NCBI GenBank assembly: GCA_016874845.1 | Contig: VGSZ01000004.1 | Coordinates: 1,980 to 65,979 of the forward strand | Direction of reading: 5' to 3' | Length of the DNA stretch: 64,000 nt | From: Deltaproteobacteria bacterium | Lineage (GTDB): Bacteria > Myxococcota > UBA727 > VGSZ01 | Shown: positions 32,094-41,308 of the stretch, piece by piece | Numbering within the stretch: the stretch's first letter is position 1 | How the letters are laid out: each line of letters begins with the position of its first letter | Made by a program: the position numbers and the translations under genes | The notes under the pieces: model-generated | Seen by the model: only the letters and a program-made list of their open reading frames with translations | Databases searched by the model: none | What the model was told of the DNA's origin: nothing

Positions 32094-33505
32094 TCAGCGC
32101 GCCGGCTGCCGCGGCGTGTTGGGCCGCAGGATGAACATCGCGTCTTCGCCGACGAAGCGGTCGGCGGTCTCGGGCACCACAGCCGCGCTGTCCTGCTTGG
32201 CCTGCGCGAACAACGGCCGGCCCTGCTCGTCGCGACCGACGCACACGCGCACGTGGCCGCCGTCGGAGCCCGACGCCCCCGGGTGGTCGACGGTGACGAC
32301 GTCGCCGGGCTGCACGCGCGACAGGAACTCCTCGACGCGACGCTGGCGTTCGGCAGGATCGGCGATGTTCGGGGGACGCACCTCGTCCATCAGATCGAAG
32401 CGCGACTGGGTGCGCGCCTTCGCCGCGTAGTCGGTGACCGGCTGGCCGGCCGCCGCCTGACGGGCGCGGAGCTCGGGCGACGGTGTGGACCAATTCTGCC
32501 AGCTCTCGGCGACGGGGTACTCGCCGCCCTTCGCGCGGTTGCCGTAGTACGGCGGCTCGAAGCCGGCGGCGGCGAGCGCGTTGCCGCCGAACAGGTTGCA
32601 CTTCCAGCGGTCGCGCAGCCCGCCCATCGAGCGGTCGACGGGGGCGGCGTGGTTCGGGTCGATGTTCACCCACGGGTTCACCGTGCCGTAGTTCTTCGCG
32701 CGGTCGCCGGTGGCGAGGTCACGCGCCGCCGTCGCCAGCGCCGTCGTCGTGCCCGGCTGTACGCCGGCGGGCAGCGGCACCGCCTTCGTGGGCTGCGCCG
32801 TCGCCGGCCGTGGCGCCGCCTCGGGGCGGGCCACTGGCGGCGGCGCCGAGACCGGCGGCGGCGCCGAGACCGGCGGCGGCGCCGAGACCGGCGGCGGCGC
32901 CAGATCGGCAGGGCGGCGCGGCGCCTGGGGAACAGCGTCGTCGGCGCGGCGCAGGCCCGTCGACGGGCGCACCGCCGGCGGCGCCACCACCGGGGGCGGC
33001 GGCGTGGCCGGCCGCGACGCCGTGGGCGTGCTGCCCGCCATGGCCTGCTGCAGCGCGCGGAGCGTGGTCGGATCGGCGGCGCCGGTCTCGGGCAGCCCGC
33101 TGGCCTTCTGGAAGGCGCGCACGCTGGCGGCGGTCTCGCGCCCGAAGACGCCGTCGGCGCCCGACGCCAGCGCCATGCTGGCGTTGCCGCTGCCAAGGCC
33201 GACGCTCATCAGGCCCCGCTGCAGGTGCTGCACGTGCTCGCCGCGCTGACCGCTCTGCAGCGTCTGGCCGGTCATGGCCTCGGGCAACGACGACAGCCGG
33301 GTGCGCGGCGCGGTCTGGAAGCTGTCAGCCAGGGCGGTGGCCGCCTCGGGCTCCATCGCCTCGGCGTACCGGCGCAGCACGTCCTGCGCCTCGGCGCGCG
33401 ACACCTGCCCGGCGCTGACGGCGGTCTTGAGCGTCTCGGCGTCGCGAAGGGTGAAGCGACCGTCCTCGGCGAGCGAGCGGATGGCGGGGTTCACGGGCAC
33501 GGGGC
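32094..33505 (-). CDS. Peptidoglycan-binding domain + Pro-rich linker + CHAP-like amidase protein with no signal peptide
   Basis: PG_binding_1 motif DGVFGRETAASVRAFQKASGLPETG. (PPPVSA)x4 repeat. C-terminal Cys/His pair (WKCNLFGGNALAAAGF ... GDVVTVDH..GGHVRVCVG). Likely GTG start near 33503 preceded by GAGGTG. Confidence 0.7.
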
Positions 33506-33626
33506 ACCTCAGCGTGGAAAGAGACCTTCGGTTATCGGCTGCCCCCGCCGTCGGTGCCCACCGGATCGACCCTTCGCCCATCGCGAGACAGCGCCGGGTG
33601 CGCGACGTCACGGCGGGCCGTCCGGG

Positions 33627-35012
33627 TCAGCGCTCGACGCCGCGGCGCAGCGACGCCACCCACTCGACGTGGTGCGTGCCGGGGAACGCGTCGAGGGGCA
33701 CGACGCGTTGCAGCACGAACCCGACGTCGACGGCGGCCCGCAGATCCCGCGCCCCCGTCGCCGGGTCGCAGCTGACGAGCACGAGCCCCGCCGCGCCGGC
33801 CTGCCCGACGCGCGCGAACAGCGCCGCCGCCCCGGGGATCCCGGTGCGCGGCGGGTCGGCGACGACCACGTGGGGGGCGCCGTCGCCAAGGGGCAGGCGG
33901 CCGTCGATGAAGGCCTGCCGCACGACCACGGCGCCGGCAGGGCACAGGCGCGCGACGTTGTCGCGCAAGAACCGCACGCCGCGGCCGTCGCCCTCGACGA
34001 CGTCCACCAGCGCGCCCCGCGCCGAAAGCGGCAGGGTCAGGTGGCCGCTGCCGGCGAACAGCTCGAGCACGCGGCGACCCCGCACGTCGCCGCCGACGTC
34101 GGCCACCGCGTCGAGCACCGCGTCGATGATCCCGCGCCCCCCCGACCGCGTGGCCTGCGTGAAGCACGCCGCGTCCGACGTCGCCGCAAAGAGCCCCGCC
34201 GTCACCTCGCCGCGCACCTGCGCCTCGCCGACGACCAGCTCGTCGCCGTCGCCGTCGCCGTCGCCGTCGCGGGCGGTCACCACGGCGCCGGTCACGACCC
34301 CCGCGGCCACCAGCGCGCGCGCGTCGCGGGCGTGGTCGACGGCGGCGACGACGCGGCCCTCGTCGTCAGTGGCCAGCCGCAGCGTCGTGCGCGGCGAGAG
34401 CCGCGGCAGCCGCGGCAGCGCGGCCTGCAGGCGCGCGTCCAGCGCCGGGCACGAGTCGACGACCACCACGTCGTGGCTGCCGCGCGCAAAGAAGCCGGCG
34501 CGGCCAGCGCCGTCCACCGCCAGCCGCACCCGCCGGCGGGCCGCGCCCGCCGGTGAGGCGGGCACGACGAGCGGCGCGCGCGCCGCAGCGACGACGGCGG
34601 GGTCGAAGCGGCCGATGCGCGTCAGGGCGTCGTCGACGAGCTGCTCCTTGCCCGCCGTCTGCGCCGCGCGGTCGAGGTGCAGCCAGTCGCAGCCCCCGCA
34701 GCGGCCGGCGACCCGACACGCGGGCGTGACCCGCGACGACGACGGCTCGAGCACCGCGAGCAGCGTCGCCTGTCGCGCGCCGCCACGCCGCCCGCGCTCG
34801 GCGTAGCGGACGCGCTCGCCGACGGCGACGTCGGGGACGAAGGCGACGCCGGCGTCGTCGCGGATCAGGCCCGCGCCGCCGGGCACCAGGCGCTCGACGA
34901 TGCCCTCGCGCGCCGCGCCGCCCCCGGGCGCCGCAGTCGTCGCCGCGGGTGCGCGAGGAGCGCCGTGGCGGCGCGCAGAGGGGCGGAGTGGACGACGCAT
35001 GGACGGCAGCAT
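33627..35012 (-). CDS. 23S rRNA (uracil-C5)-methyltransferase RlmD/RumA-like, TRAM + Fe-S + class I SAM MTase
   Basis: Cys cluster CRVAGRCGGCDW. SAM motif LELFAGSGHLTLPL. VVADPPRTG motif. Catalytic Cys near VSCDP. Confidence 0.8.
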   Translation of the reverse strand: MLPSMRRPLRPSARRHGAPRAPAATTAAPGGGAAREGIVERLVPGGAGLIRDDAGVAFVPDVAVGERVRYAERGRRGGARQATLLAVLEPSSSRVTPACRVAGRCGGCDWLHLDRAAQTAGKEQLVDDALTRIGRFDPAVVAAARAPLVVPASPAGAARRRVRLAVDGAGRAGFFARGSHDVVVVDSCPALDARLQAALPRLPRLSPRTTLRLATDDEGRVVAAVDHARDARALVAAGVVTGAVVTARDGDGDGDGDELVVGEAQVRGEVTAGLFAATSDAACFTQATRSGGRGIIDAVLDAVADVGGDVRGRRVLELFAGSGHLTLPLSARGALVDVVEGDGRGVRFLRDNVARLCPAGAVVVRQAFIDGRLPLGDGAPHVVVADPPRTGIPGAAALFARVGQAGAAGLVLVSCDPATGARDLRAAVDVGFVLQRVVPLDAFPGTHHVEWVASLRRGVER

Positions 35013-35067
35013 GCCGACCACGGCGGACGTCGTCGACGGGCGTGCGCCGCCTCGCTACGTTCGCGGC

Positions 35068-35928
35068 ATGGTGCTCTGGTTCCGCCCCGACGCCGACGTC
35101 GTCAAAGACGCTCCGTTGGTACGGCGCATCCAGCCCTTCCTCATGCCCACGCGCAACGAGAGCGTCGTCTACTACGACGTCGACGTCGACGCCGACGCCG
35201 TCGACGCGCGCCTGCGGTCGCTGCGCGCGCAGGGCGTGCACGCGACGGTCCTGCACGCGGTGCTCCTCGGCGCCGTGCGGTCGCTGGCGGAGCGGCCGCG
35301 GCTCAATCGCTTCGTCGCCGGCGGGCGCCTGTGGCAGCGGCGCGGGCTCTGGGTCTCGTTCACGGTGAAGACCGAGAAGACCGACCGCGGCGCCGTGCTG
35401 GCGATGAAGCGCAGGCTCGATCCGCAGCAGAGCGACGTCGAGCTCGTCCGCGTCCTCGCCGGCGGCGTCGACGAGGCCCGCTCGGGCAAGCCCACCGCCA
35501 TCGAGAAGGAGCTCGGTCTCCTGCTCGCGCTGCCCACCGTGCTGCTTGGCCTGCTCGTCGGGCTCGTGAAGGCCGCCGATCGCTGGGGGCTGCTGCCGCG
35601 CTTCTTCATCGACGGCGACCCGCTGTTCGCGTCGCTGTTCGTCACCAACCTCGGTGCCGTCGGCATGGACGCGCCGCTGCACCACCTGTTCGAGTACGGC
35701 AACGTGCCGCTGTTCTGCATGATCGGGCAGAAGCGCCACGCGTTCTTCGTCGACGACGACGGCGCCGTGCGCGCCCGCCTCGTCTACCCGCTGCGCTTCG
35801 CCTTCGACGAGCGCGTCGAAGACGGCCTGTACTGCCTGCAGTCGATCGAACTCCTGAAGGCGCACATGGAGGGCCGCGCGCCGCCGTCACCATCGTCGTC
35901 GTCGTCCACGGCGCCGGCAGCGCCGTGA
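35068..35928 (+). CDS. Standalone 2-oxoacid dehydrogenase E2-type acyltransferase catalytic domain protein
   Basis: Catalytic-domain-like segment with no lipoyl or E3-binding domain. The start could also be the ATG at 34999. Confidence 0.6.
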   Translation: MVLWFRPDADVVKDAPLVRRIQPFLMPTRNESVVYYDVDVDADAVDARLRSLRAQGVHATVLHAVLLGAVRSLAERPRLNRFVAGGRLWQRRGLWVSFTVKTEKTDRGAVLAMKRRLDPQQSDVELVRVLAGGVDEARSGKPTAIEKELGLLLALPTVLLGLLVGLVKAADRWGLLPRFFIDGDPLFASLFVTNLGAVGMDAPLHHLFEYGNVPLFCMIGQKRHAFFVDDDGAVRARLVYPLRFAFDERVEDGLYCLQSIELLKAHMEGRAPPSPSSSSSTAPAAP

Positions 35929-35932
35929 GCCG

Positions 35933-36973
35933 TCACAGCCAGCCGCGGCTGCGGAAGTCGGCGAAGGCGGCGTCGACGGCGCCCTCAAGCGGCGAGATCG
36001 AGTAGCCGAGCTCGGCCTGCGCCTTCTGCGACGACACGCGGAAACGATCGCAGAACGACCAGGCGATGGCCGCCGACGTCAACAGCGGCTCGCGCCCCGT
36101 GACCGCCGCCTGCACGTCGCCGAGGCGACCGATGGCCCGCCCCACGAGGCGCGGCACCGACAGCCGCGGCGGCCGCCGGCCGATGCGCGACCCCACCAGC
36201 GCGAAGAGCTCCGTGTAGCCGAGGTTGTGCCCGCCGAGGATGTAGCGCTCGCCGCTGCGTCCCCGCTGCCACGCCGCCACGTGCCCGCGCGCGACGTCGC
36301 GGACGTCGACGAAGCTGTTGACCCCCGGCGTCGTGCCCGGCACCCGGCCGCGCGCAAAATCCAGCAGCAGCTTGCCCGACGACGGCCGCGCGTCGTGGGG
36401 TCCGAACAGGTAGCCGGGGTTCACCACGACCACGTCGAGGGCGCCGGCGCCGTCCGCGCCGCGGCCCGCGCGCAGCACCAGATCCTCAGCGTCCTTCTTG
36501 GTCACCGCGTAGCCGTCGGCGAGGCCGGCCTCGCGCAGGTTCCACGTCGTCGTCTCGTCAGCGTCGGTGCCGGCCGCGGGCGCGACGCCGATGCACACCG
36601 TCGAGCTCGTGTGCACCAGCCGTCGCACGCCAGCGGCCCGCGCCGCGGCGATGACGTTGCGCGTGCCGTCGACGTTGGCGCGCACCAGCGCCGGCGTGAC
36701 GTCTCTCAGGATGCTGACCATCGCCGCGACGTGAAAGACCGCGTCGACGCCTTTGCCATCGACCGAGAACGCCGCGGTGAGCGCGCCGGTGTCGTTGAGG
36801 TCGGCGCGCACGAAGTCGACGTGGTCGGCGCGCGCGCCGAGGGCGCGACGCAGCGGGGCGATGCTCGCCTCGCTGCGGTAGGTCGCGCGCACGCGGTGGC
36901 CGTCGTCGACGAGGGAGAGCAGCAGGTTGCTGCCGAGCAGGCCCGAGCAGCCGGTGAGCGCGACGGTGGTCAT
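35933..36973 (-). CDS. NAD(P)-dependent epimerase/dehydratase (extended SDR)
   Basis: Rossmann GxxGxxG (TGCSGLLGSNL). YxxxK (YAVTKKDAE). About 346 aa. Confidence 0.85.
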   Translation of the reverse strand: MTTVALTGCSGLLGSNLLLSLVDDGHRVRATYRSEASIAPLRRALGARADHVDFVRADLNDTGALTAAFSVDGKGVDAVFHVAAMVSILRDVTPALVRANVDGTRNVIAAARAAGVRRLVHTSSTVCIGVAPAAGTDADETTTWNLREAGLADGYAVTKKDAEDLVLRAGRGADGAGALDVVVVNPGYLFGPHDARPSSGKLLLDFARGRVPGTTPGVNSFVDVRDVARGHVAAWQRGRSGERYILGGHNLGYTELFALVGSRIGRRPPRLSVPRLVGRAIGRLGDVQAAVTGREPLLTSAAIAWSFCDRFRVSSQKAQAELGYSISPLEGAVDAAFADFRSRGWL

Positions 36974-37009
36974 GGCGGCTCCTTCGCGACGGTGTCGTCC
37001 TCGACGTGG

Positions 37010-38041
37010 CTACTTCGCGAGCTCGTCGAGGCGGCGCCTCCACGACGCCTCGTCGGGCTGCAGCTTCAGCGCCGCCTGCAGCGCCTTCTTCGCCTCGGCC
37101 TTCTTGCCCTGCCGCGCGTAGACCTCGGCGAGCAACGCGTGGGCGAGGGCGGCCTGCGGGTCGACGCGGATGGTGGCGATGAGCAGCTCGGCGGCGCGGG
37201 CGTCGTCGGTGCCGAGGCGCGACAGCGATGTGCCGAGCGCGGCGCGGGCGCGGGCGTGGGCGGGCTCGACCTGCAGCACGCGGTTGAGCTTCTCGACGGC
37301 GCCCTGATCGTCCTTCTGCCTTTGCAACAGCACGCCGAGCTGGAACAGGGCCGGCACGTGGGTCTCGTCGGCCTCGATGGCCTCGACGAACGCCGCCTTC
37401 GCCGCCTTCAGATCGCCGAGCCCGGCGTGGGCGACGCCCAGCACGTACAGCGCGTCGGGGCTGTCGGGTGACAGCTCGACGGCGTGGGCGGCGTGGTCGC
37501 GGGCCTCCTTGAACCGGCCCACCGTCGTCAACGCGTAGGCGGCGTCGGAGGCGAGCTCGCCGTCGGCTTCGGCGGCGGCGACGGCGCGGACGAGGACGGT
37601 GGCGCCCTCGTCGTTTTTGCCGGCGGCCAGGAGCGCCATGCCGAGCTCGTGCTGCAGCCGCACCGACCTCGGCGCGGCGGCGACGCCCTTGCGGTACGCG
37701 TCGAGGGCGCCGGCGGTGTCGCTCAGCTGGTCCTTCGCCACGCCGAGGTACAGCCACGCCCTGTCGACAGCGGGGGCGAGCGTCGTGGCCTTGTCGAGGT
37801 GGGGGATGGCGTCCTTTGGCTGCTTCAGCTGCAGCAGCGCGAGGCCCAGCGCGGTCTCGGCGCGGGCGCGGTCGGCCACCGACAGGCCCTCGTCGGCGAG
37901 GGCTCGCTCGAGGTGGCTCTGGGCCTTCTTGCCTTCGCCGCGCTGGGCGAGGGCCTCGCCGAGGCGCAGCAGGTCGGCGGTCGAGGTCGGCGCGCCGGCG
38001 GCGAGCAGGAGCGCAAGAGCGAGGGACGGAGCAACAGGCAT
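37010..38041 (-). CDS. Secreted tetratricopeptide-repeat protein
   Basis: Signal peptide MPVAPSLALALLLAAGA. Multiple 34-aa TPR-like units (AxxxLGxALxxxG). Confidence 0.75.
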   Translation of the reverse strand: MPVAPSLALALLLAAGAPTSTADLLRLGEALAQRGEGKKAQSHLERALADEGLSVADRARAETALGLALLQLKQPKDAIPHLDKATTLAPAVDRAWLYLGVAKDQLSDTAGALDAYRKGVAAAPRSVRLQHELGMALLAAGKNDEGATVLVRAVAAAEADGELASDAAYALTTVGRFKEARDHAAHAVELSPDSPDALYVLGVAHAGLGDLKAAKAAFVEAIEADETHVPALFQLGVLLQRQKDDQGAVEKLNRVLQVEPAHARARAALGTSLSRLGTDDARAAELLIATIRVDPQAALAHALLAEVYARQGKKAEAKKALQAALKLQPDEASWRRRLDELAK

Positions 38042-38075
38042 GGCGAACCTCGGGCAGGGCGGACGACGCCTCCGC

Positions 38076-38744
38076 TCAGTAACCCCGACGGAGCGCGCGG
38101 TCGACGTCGTTGTCGGTGGCAGGGCGCGTGGAGCCTTTGGGGTCGAGGTCTTCGACGATAGGGTTGCCGCCGCCGTCGATGCGCGCGGTCTTGAACGTGG
38201 CGTAGAGCTGGTCGAGGTCGGCCTTGTGCACGGCGAACTGGTCGGCGCGGCCCTCGTAGTGGAGGACGAAGGCCTTGGTGGACTTCACCATGTAGAGCGC
38301 CTGCACACCGACGGGATACTCGACGTTGCCGAGGTAGTCGTAGGTGAAGGCGGCGAGGATCGCGCGCGCGCCGTCGAGCTTCTGCTTCGATTCGGCGATC
38401 TTCCTGTAGTGCGGCTTCTTCTTGAAGGCGTCGGCCTGGTTCAGCACGAAGCCCTCCACCGACGCCGACGGCGGCACGTCGACGACGTCGACGGTCAAGA
38501 TCGCCTGGATGCCGCGGTTGCTGCGGCACGACAGCTTGCGCGGCCGGGCCTCGCAGTCGAAGCCGCCGGGCACGATCACCGAGAAGAAGCCGGCGGGGTC
38601 GATGAGCGGCTTGTTCGCCCGGCCGAGCAGGCTCCGGAACACGTCGTCGGCGCGGGCGGCGGGAGCGACGACGACGACAACGGCGGCACACAGCAGCGCG
38701 ACGGCGGCGCGCCGGGCAGGGCGGGGCACGGTGGAACCAAGCAT
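38076..38744 (-). CDS. Secreted hypothetical protein
   Basis: About 222-aa product starting MLGSTVPRPARRAAVALLCAAVVVVVAPAARA (signal peptide). The upstream part of the listed ORF is Arg-rich junk. Confidence 0.6.
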   Translation of the reverse strand: MLGSTVPRPARRAAVALLCAAVVVVVAPAARADDVFRSLLGRANKPLIDPAGFFSVIVPGGFDCEARPRKLSCRSNRGIQAILTVDVVDVPPSASVEGFVLNQADAFKKKPHYRKIAESKQKLDGARAILAAFTYDYLGNVEYPVGVQALYMVKSTKAFVLHYEGRADQFAVHKADLDQLYATFKTARIDGGGNPIVEDLDPKGSTRPATDNDVDRALRRGY

Positions 38745-38796
38745 GGCGAGACTGTAGCGCGCGCCGCCCGAACGTCGAACACGGCGCCGTCGTCGC

Positions 38797-40359
38797 TTGC
38801 GCCGTCGACGCGGTTTTGGCGAGAGTGCGATGGTGTTCGTCTCCCTCGTCTTCGTCGCCGCGGTCGCCTTCGCCGTCGCCCTCGTCGCTGTCGACCTGAT
38901 CGGGCGCCTGCCCCGTCGCGAGCCCATCGTGCCGCCCGCCGCCGACGGTCCCTTCGCGTTTCCGCGCGGGTTCCTGTGGGGCACGGCGACCGCCGACCAC
39001 CAGATCGAGCGCGCGCAGGCCGACGACTGGACGGTGTTCGAGCGGCGGGCCAAGGCCGAGGGCAAGCAGGACCGGATCCGCAAGGGCCAGATGCGCCCCG
39101 GCCACATCGGCGACGTCGTGGCGACCCCCGCCGAGTGGTTCGAGAAGAAGACCGACTTCGACACCCACTTCGACGACGACCTCGCGCTGGCCGCCGCCCA
39201 CGGGCACAACGCGTTTCGCCTGAGCATCTCGTGGGCGCGGCTGTTTCCGCGCGCGGGCATGACGACCCCCGACTCCGACGGCGTCGCGTTCTACGAGCGT
39301 GTGTTCGCGTCGCTGGCGAAGCACGGGCTGCAGCCGTCGGTGACGCTGTTTCACTTCGCGAGCCCGCAGTGGCTGTGGGACGGCACCGACGCGCAGGGGC
39401 GGCGCGGCCTCGAGAGCGACGACGCTGTGGCGCACTTCGCGCACTTCACGCGCACGGTGGTCGACCTGTTCGGCGCGCAGACGCGGCACTGGTGCACGCT
39501 GAACGAGCCGATGGTGTGGGCGGTGCTCGGCTACCTTGAGGGCGTGTTCCCGCCGTTTCAGCGGCGCGGCCTGCCGGCGCAGATCAACGCCGTCGTCGCG
39601 CAGCTGCTGCGGATGCACGCCGCCGCCTACCACGCGATCAAGCGCGGCCGCCCCGACGCCGAGGTCGGCATCGCTCACCACGTCCGGCATTTCGTGCCGT
39701 GGCGCAACCGCAGCCTGCTCGACCGCATCACGGCGAAGGGCGTCGACAACGGCTTCATCGTCGACTTCCTCGACGCCATCGAGACCGGCGTGTTCCGCCC
39801 GGCGCTCGGCGGGCCCGCCGTCGAGATCGAGGGCCTCGCCGGCACGCAGGACTACGTCGGCGTCAACTTCTACGGCCGCTTCTATGTGCGCACGTCGGGG
39901 CCGGGAAAGTTCGAGATCGTGCCCCACGATCCGTCCGAGCCCGGCGAAGAAGAGAGTGACGTCGGCTGGGCCATCGACGAGACCAGCCTCGCGCCGCAGC
40001 TGGTGCGCTTCGCCGCCCGCTACAAAAAGCCGCTCTACATCCTCGAAAACGGCATCGCCGACGCGGCTGACGACGACGTCAGCCGCCAGCGATTCCTCGT
40101 GCGTCACGTGCAGGCGGTGTGGCAGGCCATCGAGCAGGGCGCCGACGTCCGCGGCTTCTTCTACTGGTCGCTCGTCGACAACTTCGAGTGGATCGAGGGC
40201 TTCGCGCCGCGCTTCGGCCTCGTGAACGTCGACTACGCCCACGGCATGCGGCGGCGGCCGCGGCCCTCGCTGGCCGTCTACGCCGACATCGCCGGCAAGA
40301 ACGCCGTCGACGCCGCGCTGTGGGCGCGCTTCCGTCGTCCGCCGCCGTCATCGTTGTGA
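38797..40359 (+). CDS. Glycoside hydrolase family 1 beta-glucosidase
   Basis: FLWGTATADHQIE. RLSISWARLFP. Acid/base TLNEP. Nucleophile ILENGIAD. Possible signal/TM at the N-terminus. Confidence 0.85.
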   Translation: MRRRRGFGESAMVFVSLVFVAAVAFAVALVAVDLIGRLPRREPIVPPAADGPFAFPRGFLWGTATADHQIERAQADDWTVFERRAKAEGKQDRIRKGQMRPGHIGDVVATPAEWFEKKTDFDTHFDDDLALAAAHGHNAFRLSISWARLFPRAGMTTPDSDGVAFYERVFASLAKHGLQPSVTLFHFASPQWLWDGTDAQGRRGLESDDAVAHFAHFTRTVVDLFGAQTRHWCTLNEPMVWAVLGYLEGVFPPFQRRGLPAQINAVVAQLLRMHAAAYHAIKRGRPDAEVGIAHHVRHFVPWRNRSLLDRITAKGVDNGFIVDFLDAIETGVFRPALGGPAVEIEGLAGTQDYVGVNFYGRFYVRTSGPGKFEIVPHDPSEPGEEESDVGWAIDETSLAPQLVRFAARYKKPLYILENGIADAADDDVSRQRFLVRHVQAVWQAIEQGADVRGFFYWSLVDNFEWIEGFAPRFGLVNVDYAHGMRRRPRPSLAVYADIAGKNAVDAALWARFRRPPPSSL

Positions 40360-40360
40360 C

Positions 40361-40497
40361 TCTCGCCGTCGCGACGGTCGCCGTCGCGACGGTCGCCGTC
40401 GTGACTGTCGCCGCCGTGACTGTCGCCGTCGTGACTGTCGCCGTCGTGACTGTCGCTGTCGTGATTGTCGCCGTCGTGATTGCCGCCGTCGTGCTCG
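40361..40497. repeat. Intergenic tandem repeat, about 9 copies of a 15-bp unit (gtcgccgtcgtgact variants)
   Basis: Direct read: gtcgcgacggtcgcc / gtcgtgactgtcgcc repeated. Lies between the GH1 stop and the yqgE-like start. Confidence 0.85.
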
Positions 40498-40552
40498 CGC
40501 GCTGGTGGGCGCGCAGCGGGCGTCGGCGGGCGCGAGCGGCTACACTGCCTCC

Positions 40553-41167
40553 ATGACCGACGAGCGCGACGTCGACGAAGGTTCCGCACGACAGCCAGCG
40601 GAGCGCGAGGCGCTCGCTCCGGGGTTTTTGATCGCGCCGCCGCCGCTGTCCGACAGAAACTTCGACCGCAGCCTGGTGCTGCTGGCGGCGCACGAGAGCG
40701 ACGGCGGCTCGCTGGGCTTCATCCTGAACCGCGTGGCGCCGTGGCGGCTGCACGAGCTGCTCGAGGACCTCGAGATCGCCGACCGCGGCGTCGACGACCG
40801 CGACGTCCTGATGGGCGGCCCGGTGTCGCGCGCGTCGGGGTTCGTGCTCTACGAGCACTCGGCCGGGTCGCCGGCGGGGGACGGGCTCGAGATCACGGCG
40901 ACGTTGTCGGTGACGCCGTCGCGCGACGTGCTCGAGCTGGCGGCGCGTGGTCGGCTGCCGGGGCGCTTCGACCTGCTGCTCGGCTACGCCGGGTGGGCGC
41001 CGCACCAGCTCGAGGGTGAGCTGCGTCGGGGCGCGTGGCTGCACCTGCCGTTCGACCCCGAGCTGGTCTTCGACGTCCCCGTCGCCGAGCGGTGGGATGA
41101 GGTGTGGGCGCGCCAGGGGCTCGATCCGGCGGGCTTCATCGCCGTGCGCGGCGGCGCGCAGGCGTGA
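40553..41167 (+). CDS. YqgE/AlgH family protein (UPF0301)
   Basis: APGFLIAPPPLSDRNFDRSLVLLAAHESDGGSLGFILNR and GGPV...GFVL core motifs of DUF179. Confidence 0.8.
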   Translation: MTDERDVDEGSARQPAEREALAPGFLIAPPPLSDRNFDRSLVLLAAHESDGGSLGFILNRVAPWRLHELLEDLEIADRGVDDRDVLMGGPVSRASGFVLYEHSAGSPAGDGLEITATLSVTPSRDVLELAARGRLPGRFDLLLGYAGWAPHQLEGELRRGAWLHLPFDPELVFDVPVAERWDEVWARQGLDPAGFIAVRGGAQA

Positions 41168-41194
41168 GCAGGAGAAGGACGACGGCGAAGCCGC

Positions 41195-41300
41195 GTCGTC
41201 GTCGTTTCCTTTGCGGCTCGACCCGGCAGTAGGCTGCGCTGCGCGCGCGGATCGCGCTGCGCGCGCGCATCGCGCCGCGCGCGCGCAGCGCGCCGCGCGC
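41195..41300. repeat. 18-bp GC-rich tandem repeat (about 3.5 copies) immediately upstream of the glgP RBS
   Basis: gcgctgcgcgcgcggatc / gcgctgcgcgcgcgcatc / gcgccgcgcgcgcgcagc / gcgccgcgcgctgg. Ends 9 nt before the glgP ATG. Contains alternating cgcgcgcg runs. Confidence 0.8.
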
Positions 41301-41308
41301 TGGAGTCG

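Noticed and set aside
35012-35068. Overlap of divergent gene starts (rlmD-like at about 35012 and E2-like at 34999)
   Set aside because: Likely an artefact of choosing the longest ORFs. Downstream starts (34993/35012 for rlmD, 35068 for the E2-like gene) remove the overlap.
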